64,000 nt of DNA from the human T2T-CHM13v2.0 reference genome, Homo sapiens: assembly GCF_009914755.1 (NCBI RefSeq), contig NC_060928.1. One strand, given 5' to 3'. Positions 31,871 through 50,461 of the stretch are shown here, piece after piece. The notes beneath the pieces are model-generated. The model was given only the letters and a program-made list of their open reading frames with translations. It searched no databases and was not told the DNA's origin. A program made the position numbers and the translations under genes. Numbering within the stretch: position 1 is the first letter of the stretch; each line of letters opens with the position of its first letter.

Positions 31871-32564
31871 ATGAAGCAAGAAATATTCAGCTGGCCTCAA
31901 TCAAAAGGAAAGACTAGTGGGAAGGTGTTCTTTAAGGAGGTGTCATTTTGCTGGATTAAATGTTAACCAGCAATTTCTTTGGAAAATCCCATCATCTCAC
32001 ATAGGTGCAGCATTATTATTATAACATTAATTAACAATATTATTAATATTAATTACCTTGATATCACTGCTGACCCCTGAAGGAATAATATGGTGGCTTA
32101 TAACAAAAATGATTATGGTTACCTTCTACTCAATTTTGCTATAAACCTAAAACTGTTCTAAAAAGAATAAAGTCTATTAAAACAAATAATTGTGGTTCTG
32201 GCAATGTTTGGAAAACATGAAACAGACACAAACAGTCACAGAGTCTATGTCCCATGACTACTAATTTCTCTTGCCCTTCTTTCAGGAAAAATCTCATCTT
32301 CATACATGATTTTAGCTCAGGGTATGTGTTTTTAACCTTGCTAGCTATAACAATATCTGTTAAACCATTTCTGTGTTCTAGCTGTTAAAAAAAACTGATA
32401 CATAAAATAGCATAAATCCAGAGAACAGATTACCAGAACGTTCCTCACATTTATAGGTCCATTTGTTTTCTTCAAAGATTGAGTATCAATTTATAAACCG
32501 TGTGTGTGATTTCTGCGCAGCTTAAAAGTCTTATGAGTTCACATAAATAGAATCCAATGGGTGT

Positions 32565-33060
32565 TTTAGTAGTTAGAAAATAAGCTTAACTGCTGTGATA
32601 AAGAGATGCTAAAATGCAGTGCCTAAAAAAAGACAGAAGTGGGCTTATTTATTTATTTATTTATTTTGGTTTTGGTTTTGGTTTGCTCTCCCCGCACCCC
32701 GCATAACAAAATTCAGAGGGAATTATTCAAGGCTGTGAGTCAGCTCTTTTTTTGAGATTTTTCGGGACCCAGGTTCCTTCTTTTTGCGTCAGCATTACCT
32801 AGGTTGTTTCCCTCACTCTTACAGTCAGAACAGACTTAGTAGGGCCGTATTCAAAGACAGCCCATTAAAAAAAAAAAAAGGGGGAAACAACACCCAAATC
32901 TTTTAAAGGCAAGACACAGAAGTTACACACTACATTTCTGTTCAAATACTCATGAACTAACTAGACGTGAAAACTAACTAGATGGTCACAGCAAGCTACA
33001 GGGGAGGTTCAGAAATGAAACACTAGCTGGAAAGTCATGAGCCTATCTAACTCTCAGATA
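32565..33060 (-). mobile_element. Old MLT1-type (MaLR) LTR
   Basis: 'gctgtgataaagaga...aatgcagtgcctaaaaaaagacagaagt...gggacccaggttccttc...gcaagctacagggggagg'. Confidence 0.5.
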
Positions 33061-33399
33061 GAAGAATATGGTCTAAGTTACTAAAAGAAAGAAAAGATGA
33101 ACGGATAATAAGGAAAATTAACTGTCTCCAGGACAAGGAGCATTTTAAAAACACATCGTGATCACCATCTTATTCTGTTTCCTATCTTGGCAGTGAAAAT
33201 ATCACCTGTTTTTCAGTTATGGCAGATAGAACATCAGTATTTCATATAGATGCTATGCCTCTCTAGCTGAAGAATTCCGAATGCTTTTCTTAATTAACCT
33301 ACATTTATCAACTTATCTAACCTTATTGTAGAAATTTATTATTTTCTGCATATTCCTCCACACAACATAAAACTATATGAACCCAGATTTTACCTATAT

Positions 33400-34010
33400 T
33401 CATTTATTAATTTTTTTCCAGCAAAGATTTGTTAGGCACTTATTATAGATTGGGTTTATGGCAGACTGCCAATACACACCGGTGTTGAAAATTACACATA
33501 ATCTCTCTTCTCATGAAGCCTACAGATCAGTAGGGAAGATATAATATTCAAATAAATAATTGTAAGTGACGTGAAGGAGGTAGAGTGCTATGCAATGCGC
33601 GATAGCAGAGTTTTGTCCAAACAAGGAGTCATAGGGAGGGTTCCCTAAAGAACTAATGATGAAAGTGCTGGAGAAGTCGGGGTGATCTAAGTGAAGTGAG
33701 GTGGGTGGTAGATGGAATGTTCCTGGTATAGGAAACAACAGATTCCAATGCCCTACTGTGGGAGTGTGCGTGGCACTGTGTTGGGAGAGTAGGAGGGAGA
33801 TGAATGAGGGTAAAGCACAGAAGGACGGGTTTGAAGCCAGCTGGAGAGCCACACAGAGAGCAGTATTAGGAGCCTTGAGACCTCCTTTAAGGATTTTGTT
33901 TTTATAGTCAGAGCAGTAGATTTCTGTTGAGGTGATTAAGCGGGGAAGATAAGTGATCATATTTCTACTTCGAAAAGATCCTTCTGACAAGTGCAGAGAA
34001 TGGTCTCTTG
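33400..34010 (-). mobile_element. L2 fragment
   Basis: 'ggaaacaacagattccaatgccctactgtgggag...taaggattttgtttttat...aaaagatccttctgac'. Confidence 0.75.
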
Positions 34011-35503
34011 AGGATAAAACACACAGCACAAAGATGTGTGCTTTCCCAGTAGCCCAGGTGACAGTGGACTACTAACGGATTTACAATTTTTTAAGTGTGA
34101 TTTTACATTTCTGGAAGTTTTATGTGAGTCTTTAAAGAAAAAGAAAACACATTTTTCTATACATTTCATAACTAAATCATTCTTAAAATAACTTTAGCCA
34201 TATAGCATGTAATACAGTGTTTCTTTCATTTTTTTATATTCAAAATGTTTATGAGCTAAGATATATATTTAAGATAACTTTCCAAAGTAAGACATACAAT
34301 GGACTCAAATTTGAAGGTAGGTATTGAACTAAAGAAATATATTTATCTTTAATCAATGATATTATTTAAACTGGAAACAAAGGAACATTCAAATAGAAAT
34401 TATGTATAAACATTTGCATGTATATGAATATGAGAATTAAAAGAATTATAAATGCATTATTAACCTGACTCTATGTTAGAGGCATCGGATATGATTAAAT
34501 TATATTTTTAGATATGAATAAAAGAAAACAATAGGGAAACATTAAAGAGCGTAAGTTTGTTTTATCCTAAAACGACCCACATCTCATAAATTCAAATACA
34601 GTAGGTTCTACATTGTAAAGTAAATATGATGTCTAAAAGCTCAATTCAACAAATAATTTTTTAACTTATTTATTTGATATAACTCTTCTTGAAACATATT
34701 TTTTGTTGTTCTTTTCTACACAGATTATTCTAAAGTGTATTAAAAAGGAAGAATTTATCTGGATACATTTAAATTAACGATTAAACATTTAAGTGTTGTC
34801 CTTCAGATGAAATTCTTGTTTACAGGCATATGTTGAGTGTTGAACATCAAACAAAGGAACTTTCAGGGATAGCAAAATTTAAGTAGATGCTTAGGGAGGT
34901 ATGTGTGACCAGGGAGAATTTTTATGTAAAAATGTTTCAGAGTGAATAAATAAAAGTCTCAGGATGAATGTTATTTTCCTGCCACTGTCTTCTCCTCTCA
35001 AGACACTATTTTCTTCCTGAATGTGTGCCTTAAAAGATTCTTCTTTTTTAGTCTCATAAAACCAGTTTCTCTGAATGTGGTTTAAATTAATTAAGACTTA
35101 TTTGAAATTTTTAAAATGCTAATAGAAGTAAATGAGGAAAGAACAGTAGATTCAGTACTCTAACTTCAATATTAATGAACATTTGATCTGTTTATTGCAA
35201 TCAGAACATAACTTTGGAACTGATTTTAATCACTTTGACTTGGGTAGTCTTAGTAGCAATTAGCTCTCATTAAATATCAAGAGGCAAACCAAAATGGTTA
35301 TATCATATTGAGGTTCTAATTAAGCTCAGAATAATAAAGTATACAATGTAAAATGAGAAGGAAAAAAGAATTTGTGTGATTTTATGCATCCAATCAATAG
35401 TATTTCTCTTTCTCTACATGCAGAACATTTTGCTTGGTAGCAAGCTAAAACAAAAACTGGAGACTTACCAGAGCGACAGACCTGAGTCTGAGACCATGAT
35501 CTG

Positions 35504-36005
35504 TGTGATGGTTAATTGTATATACTAACTTGGCTAGACCATGGTACCCAACTGTTCAGTCAAACACCAGTCTAAATATCTATGTGAAGGTAATTTTTAG
35601 ATGAGATTAATATTTAAATCAGTAGACTTTGGATAAAACAGGTTACCCTGCATAGTATGACTGGGCCTAATGGAGTCAATTAAAGGCATTAAGATAAAAG
35701 AAACTGAGGTCCCCAGTGGAAAAGGGAATGCTGCTTCCAGACTACCTTCAGAGTTGAGCTGCAACATCACTGCTTCCTGGGTCTCTAGCCTGCAACCTAT
35801 GCTGCAAATTTTGGACTTGCCAACTTGCCAACTTCATGAGCCAATTCCCTGAAATAAATCTGTTTCTCCCTCTTTTTTTCTTTCTGTTGCTTCTCTCTTC
35901 CCTTTAAACATACATACATACACACACACGTGTGTATGTATGTGTGTGTGTATGTATATATGTATATACATTTTATTGGTTTTTTCTCTGGAGAACTCTA
36001 GTATA
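35504..36005 (+). mobile_element. MLT2 (C/D-like) solo LTR with internal TA/CA microsatellite
   Basis: Starts 'tgtgatggttaatt...aacttggctagaccatggtaccc', ends 'tctctggagaactcta'. Confidence 0.8.
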
Positions 36006-37927
36006 AGCAGGAACAATCTTTCTGCCATTTGGGCCATGATGGGTGTTCAAAATTTTATGGGGATGATGATGACTATGAAAGCAATAATGATGAAATCAAA
36101 TGTAGCTGAAATAAAGTATCACAACATAAATCATAAATAACTGTGTAATTATTTTACTTTAAGATTTTGTGGCTGCTGACTTTAAATCTGTTTGTATGCA
36201 GGTATTACCAAGAAGGTTTACTTTGTTAAAAAATCTTGATCATTTTAACATTAAAACATTCTTTTGTCTTAAGAAGCAAGAAGGCTGTATCATTCATAAG
36301 TATTTTTTATTTGGCTTCCATTGTACCTTAAAAATACATTTCCAAATGACCCATCCTCAGTGATGAAGAGACTGTTATGTCTGAGGGCTTTGTCAGGACT
36401 CAAGATGGAAATGGGAGGATGATGTTAGGAAAGCCATCCTGCCCAAGCTGAAGGAACAAACAGCCTTCTCAAGAAAAGTCAGAAACTCCAAAGACAACAG
36501 GCAGTGAACTGTGATAAAAGTGAAAAAGTTGAAAAGTGAGACCATGGTCAACCAACATCAACACAGTGAGAAAGTAAATATTATGGCAGCCCTAGAAAAC
36601 TAATGCCCTCTTCTATTCGCTGGTAGGTTGGCCTGAGAAAGTCAGTCAACCCTGCCCTGCTTAGCTACTTATTGCATTCATCTACAAAAGGGAGATAATA
36701 TCAATCTGGCCAAGCTGTTTTACATATTAAGTATTAATATTAAATCTAACTACAAGAGTTCTGCTTATATTGTTCACTGCCATAGTCCAAGAAAATAGAA
36801 CTGTACTTGGAACAGTATCTCAGTTGGGTTTATTACTTATTAATGAATATCAGAAGCCTGGCATAGTACATTTCTTGTAGCAAGCCATGTGGTGGCCGTT
36901 TTTACTGCAACTGCTAGCTCTAATCATTTAGTGCAACTAAAGGTGAGGAGAGTAAACAAAATTTCTGTGGAAGGTAAGTTACCCTGGGAACAAACCCAGA
37001 TGGTACACATTATTAAATAACAAAATCAGTTGTTCACACACTAAAGTGTTGCACAGAAACAAAGAGATCAATGAAATCTGTAATGGATGAAGAGGATATT
37101 ATGCAAAAGGTGAGGCTTGTTAAGGCCTTAAAAGATGAATATTATTTGGAGAAAGGCAGCTATTTAACACATTTTTATTGTTAATAGTAAGAGAAGCAAC
37201 ATAAATGCATTCTGTTTGAATTGGAATATGATAAAAATTGTTTAAAACCTTGTTAATTAAACTCACCTAAAACAACCTTCATTGACACTATTGTCACCAA
37301 TGAAATTGCTTTATAGTAAAATAACTGTTAGCAGCAGCAAAAATAAAAACTTCCAAGTTGGTTAAAATTATGTTCTCTACCAGTTGTAGTTATGACAAGA
37401 CTGGAAGAGTTTTATTGAATGTGTCAGATTCACGGTAATTTTACTGATGCCCAGATAAGCTGAAACTTTAAAGACTGAAAGGTACTTACCTTGGTAATAG
37501 AAAGTAGCTTTTTAGAAATATATGCACGCTGAGTACATTATCTCAGAAATATCTGTGTTTTCAATCTCTCAAATTAACTGTGTTTCATTTCCTCCTATTC
37601 TTTTTAAGCTTGAAGTTTAGGAGCTCTGTCATTCCTGTTAGTATATCTTTACAGACAGTATGAGAAAGGAGCACACGATATATTTTCATAAATTTGAAAG
37701 CAGGTCTAGATCCCAAATTTACTCACCATGTAAATGATTATACACAGTTTTCAAAGGATTCTCTTTTAATCTGTTGGTGCCTTTAGCTTCTCTCATAACA
37801 GGGCAATTGAAAGCGTTGAGATAAATTTAAAAAATAACACTCAATCATCACCTTTTTTGAACCAAGATGCTATTAGTCTCTTTCTTATTTGCTTTTTCAA
37901 ATACTTTTAGTATTAATTAGGCCATAT

Positions 37928-38240
37928 GTGGAACATTACTTAGTTGTTCACAAAAATGCTCTACCTTTATTCTTTTTCACCTGATTGTCAGTTTGGGTCA
38001 TGTGACTTGATTTGGCCAATGAAATGCAGTAAAAAGCAGTAAATACCATTAATCTTCCTCTGCCTTATCAGCAATTTTTCGAGACAGGAGTTTTTCTATT
38101 ATTTTGATTTCTAAATGCGATCAACACAAAAACGATTCATAACTAACCCATGATAGTTACTCAGAATACATGAGAAATGAACCTTTGTTCTTATAAATCA
38201 GTGAGATTTGGTGGTCAGTTATTATTGTGACATATAGTAG
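37928..38240 (+). mobile_element. Old MLT1 (I/J-like) LTR
   Basis: 'gggtcatgtgacttgatttggccaatgaaatg...gagaaatgaacctttgttcttataaatcagtgagatttgg'. Confidence 0.6.
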
Positions 38241-39248
38241 TACACTATTACGACATGTATATAAACACAGATTATATGTCATGGATTGATTAGTTCACAT
38301 CACAAGTATTTGAAATACTGCACTATATCAGATATGGTGCTAGGCACTGAGGTTCTAATGGTGAACCAAAAGCTATTCATCATGAAGATGTTTTGCTATT
38401 GTGTTTCTCTCTCTCTCTCTCTCTCAATGTATTTGATATGCTGACTATCATAGCCTCAGCTTTAGATCTCTCTGTCAGATTGTAGAATTAGCATTGTATC
38501 TGAACATTGTGAAAGAAGTTTAAAAAATAATAGAGCAGAAAAAGGACAAGACTTGAAGAGGAAGGTGATATTTTAGTCCATAAGAAAGGCCTCAGGTGTT
38601 AATGCAGACCTCTGTTTCTGCAAGGATTGATCAAAGCAGATGAAGTGGGAGGCTTGTTTATCTTTTCTTTGTTCTCCTGTCTATAGGAAGTTTCAAATTG
38701 TCCTCTGGGTTATTTTATATCATGTGATACCTGAACACCAGCACTGAATTTCCTTTTTTCTAGGGTAAGGATTAGCAGTATTTTGTAACTGTCAATAATT
38801 CCGGAGCAAATCCCTGTGAATTGTGAAGCAAATTATTTTTCCTGGGAATCTCTGCAGCATTATAATGATAAATTTTATTGTATTTGTAAAGACCTTGCTC
38901 ATAGCTTGAATCAGAAATTTACATATATATATAAAATTCATATATTTATAAATTTATATGTAATTTTTTCTGCATTTATTATATATGATCTGTTAGACGA
39001 GCCTGATATATGTATGTAAAATATACCATATATCTAGTATGTCTATATGTATAGTACACATAATATAAACAGAATTTATTGTATATTAGACATCACTTTC
39101 CAATTAGTTTTCGTCTAACTCTTCTAACAAATATCTTCATGCATCCTAATTTTGAGTTTTTCAAGAATTATGAAATTCTGACAAATACATACTTCTATAA
39201 AAAGGTAAAATGTGGGCTCAAAATGTTTCTAACTTTTTCCAACATACT

Positions 39249-39678
39249 GAGAAGGTGCAAATCAGCCGTAATGAAAATCAATCACTAGAGCATAAACAAT
39301 ACTTACAACAGGACACGGTCAAGGCTATAATGTTGCTGGAAACATGACTAAACCCTTACTTCTGAGCATGAATTATTTTTACCCGTGTCACCTCTAGGCC
39401 TGATTTAATCCTCCCTCCTCTTGGATAAAAATTATTCATATCAAATCAACTTTATACACTTTTTCCTACTTTTCCCCACTTTTTTACAATGTCCAACCCA
39501 GAACTTCCCCCTCCTTTTTATATCTCTTCTCGAAATTATTGATAATAACCCAAACCTTAAAAGTTTATCCAACTCCCCTTTACTGAAGCACTCCCCATTT
39601 TTTTCTGCTGTGTGTTGTTTGCTTCAGACTTTGCTTGAATACAAGAGTGTACCTTTCCAACTTGGGTAGAGGATTTCA
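39249..39678 (+). mobile_element. ERV1-class solo LTR (LTR37-like)
   Basis: 'catgactaaacccttacttc...aacccaaaccttaaaag...ctttgcttgaatacaagagtgtac...gaggatttca'. Confidence 0.45.
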
Positions 39679-41680
39679 GGAATAATGATGAGGGGTCTAA
39701 AGAAACTCCTATGGTGTGATTAGTCATATACGCATATACACAGAAACGTTGCCCTAAACATCAATAAATCTGCACACCACAGGGGAAAATATTGGTATAT
39801 TTTATGAAAGTAAGCAAGCTGTGGATTTTTCTGAGTAAGAAAAGTTTTTCATACATTCAGACTTAAAATGAATGGAAAATGCTCCTTGGTGTATGTTTCA
39901 AAACCTTTGAAAATAGTCCATTCTTGTTTGGCAGCCTTACAGGATTGGTCATGTAAGGTGCTCAGCCACTTAAATTGATGCTGGGACTACAACTCCATGG
40001 GCACAGAGAGTCCTGAAATGATCAATTATACTGCATTTATAGCTAAAACCAGTATTTCCATTGTTTATTCTTTCTTCTTATTTCAACTCCATGTTTCCCT
40101 GGAAGAAACAATGAGCTGATTGGGATAGATTCTAAGAATTTTACTAACAACAAATACATGTCAGACATTATTCACATAAAACATATATTCCAGTGAAAAA
40201 TAAGTAGAATTTATATATTTTCTGCAGGAAGGATGAAAATGTTTGAGTGTTTGGTTTCCTGGTCAGAATTCTGTGAATGCTTTCTGTGCTATAATTACAA
40301 CTTGAGATTTGTTACTTTAAGAATATAGAGTAAGACTATAAAAAAGATTCATAACTTCAAATTACATTAACCGTACATTAAGGGAGATGCACAAATCCCA
40401 AGAAATAATGATATGTCAGGGTTAGAATCATCTTTTTTCAGGTTTAGTGCTCAATCTCCTATGATCTTGCATAAAATGCTATTGCTGTTCACCTTGCTAT
40501 TAGGAAGTACAATTGATTTGCTTGCAATATTTATTAGTGCATTAGTCATATACATTAGCACCAAACTGGAAACAAATAATGCTTTACTTCCTCAAGTCTG
40601 TGGCAAGCCAATGCAAGTAAAAATGTAGGTGCCGATATAAATACAAGTGTGACTCACACTCCTGAAATATCCTTCCTTTACCCAGATTTACCAGAAAGCA
40701 TTTAAGAGATGAACACTGCAACCATTTCAATCTTTGAGGAGATGGAAGAGTTCACATTATTCAAGATACTGTTTGTTCTTTCAGTTTGGTGTCATTTTGA
40801 CAAACTATCAATAAGAGGTCACAAAAAAATAAAAATGGAAAGGAACAGTTTGTCTGATGTTAATAAATAGGATAGGCTAAAACCCAAAGCTATCATTTTG
40901 CCAAATATGTATTTCAACTCAGGAATATTATGCTAAATTCTACATAAGACTAGATTTTTGGCTTAAAAAAAGGAGAAAGAAATGTATCTACAATTAACTA
41001 AATGTAAGCTTGAAGACCCAATGTTATTCATAAGAGTTGGTTTCATCATCACCATACCACCACGGCCAAGGCATCTAGACCTAATTCAAGTCAATTCCAA
41101 AGAACTCACTCCATGACTATTAACTTCAATTTCTGGACACTGGCATGTGAAAATTTTCTCTACATAAACTACAACTGGCTGTGATCAAAAGACCTTAAAT
41201 TTCCTTATTCCTTGGTTGTCATTATTCTGAGGTTTCTCCTGTAGAAATCTTGCTTTCACAAACAAATTCTATCTCCTGATCCTTCAATAACTTCCCAGGT
41301 AGGTAAGCCTACCTCCCAATTACTCTGGTTTATTGCACATACTGGAACAACAAGAAAGAAGAGTAGATAATGCCAATGCATGGCATTTGTAAGAAAAATA
41401 AAATCCTACTGTGAGTTTATATATTTTATATACAGGAATCCTATCATTTTCTTTTTTTTTTTCATTTTGGTTTAACACTGTAGTTGAATCACACTATTTT
41501 TCAAACAGTCCTAAATTCAATTTTACTACATGAGAATTTATGATAATCTGAACTGAGTTTGGGGAAATTTTATACTTGTTCAATTTTATATGACTGATGA
41601 CACTTACTGGATATGTGCTAGATCTTGATACATTTTTTAAACTTCACAAAACTTTCATAAGAAAGGTATCATTATCCTGT

Positions 41681-42200
41681 GTGGCATGTTGTATTTCTTA
41701 AAAATAGCCAGAACCATATCTCCTATCAGACATGCTGTTTTGCATTGTGACTCTGCCACTCCTCATCAAGTTGTGTCCAGTTTATTCTACATCCCCTTGA
41801 ATCTGGTCAGGCCTTGAAACTTCTTTAATCTAAGAACACAGTGGGAGTGACCACTTATTGTCGTAGCCCCTAAAAGCTTTTACTTCTGGGCCCTTCAAAA
41901 CCAATCACATGTAAGTTCTGTGACTTTCCAGATATCACCAAGTTGTGAAAAGCTCCATTTAGAATGAAGGATAAAACACATGAAGAATGAGAGGCCAAGG
42001 AACACTAAATTGGTAAGCATGGTCATGAAGAAGCCATCAAAACCCAACTGAAAACCAGAACACAGTCCTCAGACATGGCAAACCAGAGGCCACAGTATCC
42101 TTGTGTCAGGCCCAAATTCCTCTCTCACAGAACTGCAAGCGTACTAAAATGGCTATAGTTTTCTCCTCTAAGTTTTGGGGTCTTTCATCAGGCAGAGATG
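41681..42200 (+). mobile_element. MLT1G/H-like LTR inserted into a MIR (MIR halves ~41590-41680 and ~42200-42355)
   Basis: 'tgtggc...atccccttgaatctgg...cccaaattcctctctcacagaac...ctaagttttgggg'; MIR motifs resume at 'gatgaagaaaacacaggc'. Confidence 0.7.
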
Positions 42201-42822
42201 GAGTGATGAAAATGCACTGTTTGGAAGATGAAGAAAACACAGGCTAAGATAAATTAAGAAATTTGCCAAAGTCCACGTGGATAGGAGGTGGCTGAGCCAC
42301 GAATTGAACCATATCCTCTTGAATGTATATCCAGAGGTCTTCACCACTATGTAAGGCATGCCCCCAAAATATATTTAGAAATTTTTTTTTTTTTCTAAAG
42401 AGACTCAAATTGTAAGTAGTACTATAGGAAATGTGTTTGGCTTGCTTAAGAGAAAAATCTCGGTTTATGGGTTATAGCATATGTTTATAACCAAACAGAT
42501 GCTCCTAATTACAAATTTATTTTATCTACTTATTGAAACAAGTTGACATAACTCCTACTTAGAAACACTTTAATTTAAAGTATATATCTTAAACACATGG
42601 AACTGTACAATTTTCTTTCTTTAAGTGTATATTTAGATTTTCATTAATTCACTCTGAATTTCCAGGAGATTTTCAGCAGTAATTCACAGAAAATTTACTT
42701 AATTCATGCTTTTTTATACATTATTTCTTTTATGCTCAGCTAAGAAAACAAATCAAATAAAAGAGAGGTATTAGTTACTTCTCTTAGTAATATGAGTTAC
42801 CTCTCATAGTAATATGATCTTA

Positions 42823-43072
42823 TTTCGAAGCAATCCACAAGTTAAAGTCACTTGAATTTAAAGATACAGAGAAAGGAGCAGAACCAGATGTATAGAAAGA
42901 AAATATAAAAGATACATTGGCAATAACATTTCATAAGTATAGTATGAATAGAATATCTCTTCTACTTGGACAAAAGTAGAAGTGAATACCTTCACAAAAG
43001 GTATTCAGATGTCAGTAAAATGAAAGAGGAATAGATTTACGTGGGCAATATTCCACAAGAGGATGCTTTTCA
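42823..43072 (+). repeat. Local dispersed duplication, copy 1 (copy 2 at 44546-44774)
   Basis: ~250 bp near-identical to 44546-44774 apart from scattered substitutions and a ~20-bp indel. Confidence 0.95.
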
Positions 43073-44545
43073 AGATGACCTTTAGATGACTTTTGCTGAC
43101 TTTTAAGATCTAGGTAAATTGACAAGAAGACCAAATTCTGTGCGATGGAGAGGACTTGTACTTAAGGCTTTCCTCTCTATAGGTTTTCCTGTTCCGTATT
43201 GCATCTTCCACATTTGAAATACAGACCCATGTTCGAATTTCAGAAAACCACTACAACAACTATGACAACAAGACTCCCAACCAAATTTACATCAGTCTTC
43301 ACTGAGGATTTGAGAAACACAAGGCTGGATCACTTTGCATCTAGAAATTCTTGCTTCTCAGAATTTCCATCTCCTCTGAGACTTTGGATTTTTAGCAAAT
43401 GGAAAACCCAATTTCACAAAACCTCTCCATTTCGAATCTTTGTTTGCTTGAATCTTTCATTTTTTTTTTGTAGTAGTCATTTTTGTTTTTTAACTTTCCT
43501 TTTATCAGCACTCCAGTCATGAGCCCTCAACCCACCTTAATTAATAAAAAGTGTTGTTTTGTGTGTGCGGTTTGAGCTTCTGCCTCCCTCTACTCCCTAA
43601 AACCATGTATTCTACCTCAATTGACCACAAACATATTTTCTGTAAACAAGATAATTCTCCCTCAAAGGAAACTGTGAAAATAATTTGTTTATCATTTGTA
43701 TCTTGTCTTTGACCACTCTAAAACTTTTTGACAAGTTATTTGTTTTAATTCAGCCTTAGGTTTTATGAAATAAATATTGAATAAAAGCAAACTCAAATGT
43801 TAAAGAACTCAGTAAAATAAAGATTAAGTCTAATACAATGAAAGAATTTCATAAGCAGCCATTTCCTTTCTGCTTATCTTTGCCATCTTCCTTCATGCTT
43901 TCCTCTCCCACTATTAAAATCACTCGATGGTGTTGCCTCATCTTTAAGATAAATATTACACAGTAGTGCCAAAGGTTCCTGTTAGTTTCAAATAATTTTT
44001 TCTTACTCTCTTATTGCCTATTAGCTTGTACCGCAGTTTGTGGAATGGCCTGGTTTCATACATGTTGTAACCTAATCTCTACATCTCTATGTGAAAAGAC
44101 CTGAAAATAAGAAGGTTTTGTTCATTTTATTTATATTCTGTACTCCTAAACACTTGGAAAAATAATAACACCCCAAGACCTATTGTAAGTTACTTTGTTT
44201 AATTGACCATGTACAATAATCATGCTATAATGCTTATGAAAACTGGAATTTTATTTTTTTCACAAACAAAAATTATACTTTAAAAAGATATAATAAAATG
44301 TGTTTGAAACAGTTAAAGTTAAATGTGGCTGTCTTATTAAGCACAAGATATTTATTAGTTTGATTTTGGGGTCTAGAGAAATTTGTACAGATTATTGTAA
44401 TTAACACAATTGTAATTATAATCAAAATAATTACTATGATCCCTCTCTATAAATTTAAATGAAGCATTGGAATTTTAAAACCTTTATACTTTGATGAAGT
44501 ATATTTAGCTTTTTTGTGCACCTTACATCTATATTACTTGACCTG

Positions 44546-44774
44546 TTTTGAAGCAATCCACAAGTTAAAGTCACTTGAATTAAAGATATAGAGAAAGGAG
44601 CAGAACCAGATGTATAGAAAGAAAATATAAAAGATATATTGGCAATAACATTTCATAAATATAGTATGAATAGAATATCTCTTCTACTTGGACTCACAAA
44701 AGGTGTTTAGATGTCAGTAAAATGAAAGAGGAATAAATCTACATGGGCAATATTCCAAAAGAGGATGCTTTTCA
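44546..44774 (+). repeat. Local dispersed duplication, copy 2
   Basis: 'gaagcaatccacaagttaaagtcac...gaggatgcttttca' repeated; lacks 'aaaagtagaagtgaatacct'. Confidence 0.95.
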
Positions 44775-45700
44775 TGAAGAAACAATATGTATCTATTGTT
44801 ACCTTCCTTCTAGAAAATAATTTAATCATTTATTAAATAACTATTTGAGGTTGAAAAACTTAAGCTTACATTTTAATTAATTCAAGGTTTAGGGAATAAT
44901 ACTTTGCAAGGAGGATCCATTTGGAGGCAATTTGAGTACACTGTTTAAACAACATTGCAAATTAAAATTGATACAAAACCAATACATGTTGAAATTTAAA
45001 CATGGATTTTTCAGTTCAACAAATATTTATTGAGCCTCTACTTACATATTTGATTAATTGTTTAATGTTAACCTCATGTGTGGTGACACATAAAAATATT
45101 GACACGTTGATTAGGCTATTGTAAGGGATGTAGATAGATATTCCTTGTGTGGAACACTTTATCTCCTACAGCACAGGGGATAACTGCACCACACAGTCTG
45201 TTTCTTACACATCTCCCTGGCTTCATGAAGTTATGTGGGGCAAGGTTTTACTTCTAGCCAATAGGATACGGACAGGAATGACTTGTCTTGCTTGAAGCCA
45301 AAGCATGTAAAAGCCAGTACGTAACACTTCAGATATCTCTTCCCCTGATGATATAACCCAATTACATACTATGTATATGACACATATAATCTATTATATG
45401 AAATCTACACACAAACTCGGATACAAAGACATACACACACACAGTCTTAATTAACCTTCTGTGGAAGTAGTTTGTTGATTGAATACAGCCTTTTTTTTTA
45501 ATACTTTAAGTTCTAGTGTACTTGTGCACAACGTGCAGGTTTCTTACATATGCATACATGTGCCATGTTGGTGTGCTGCACCCATTAACTCGTCTTTACA
45601 TTAGGTATATCTTGTAATGCTATCCCTCCCCGCTCCTAACACCCCACGACAGGCCCCGGTGTGTGATGTTCCCCACCCTGTGTCCAAGTGTTCTCATTGT

Positions 45701-50398
<4,698 letters not shown>

Positions 50399-50461
50399 TA
50401 TGATGTTAGCTGGTTATTTTGATCATTAGTTGATGCAGTTTCTTCCTAGCATCGATGGTCT

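Noticed and set aside
33520-34029. 169-aa ORF
   Set aside because: Lies in a degenerate L2 3' region; no recognisable domain.
37480-37730. Minus-strand donor consensus sites (gtaagt, gtgagt)
   Set aside because: No convincing paired acceptors or reading frame.
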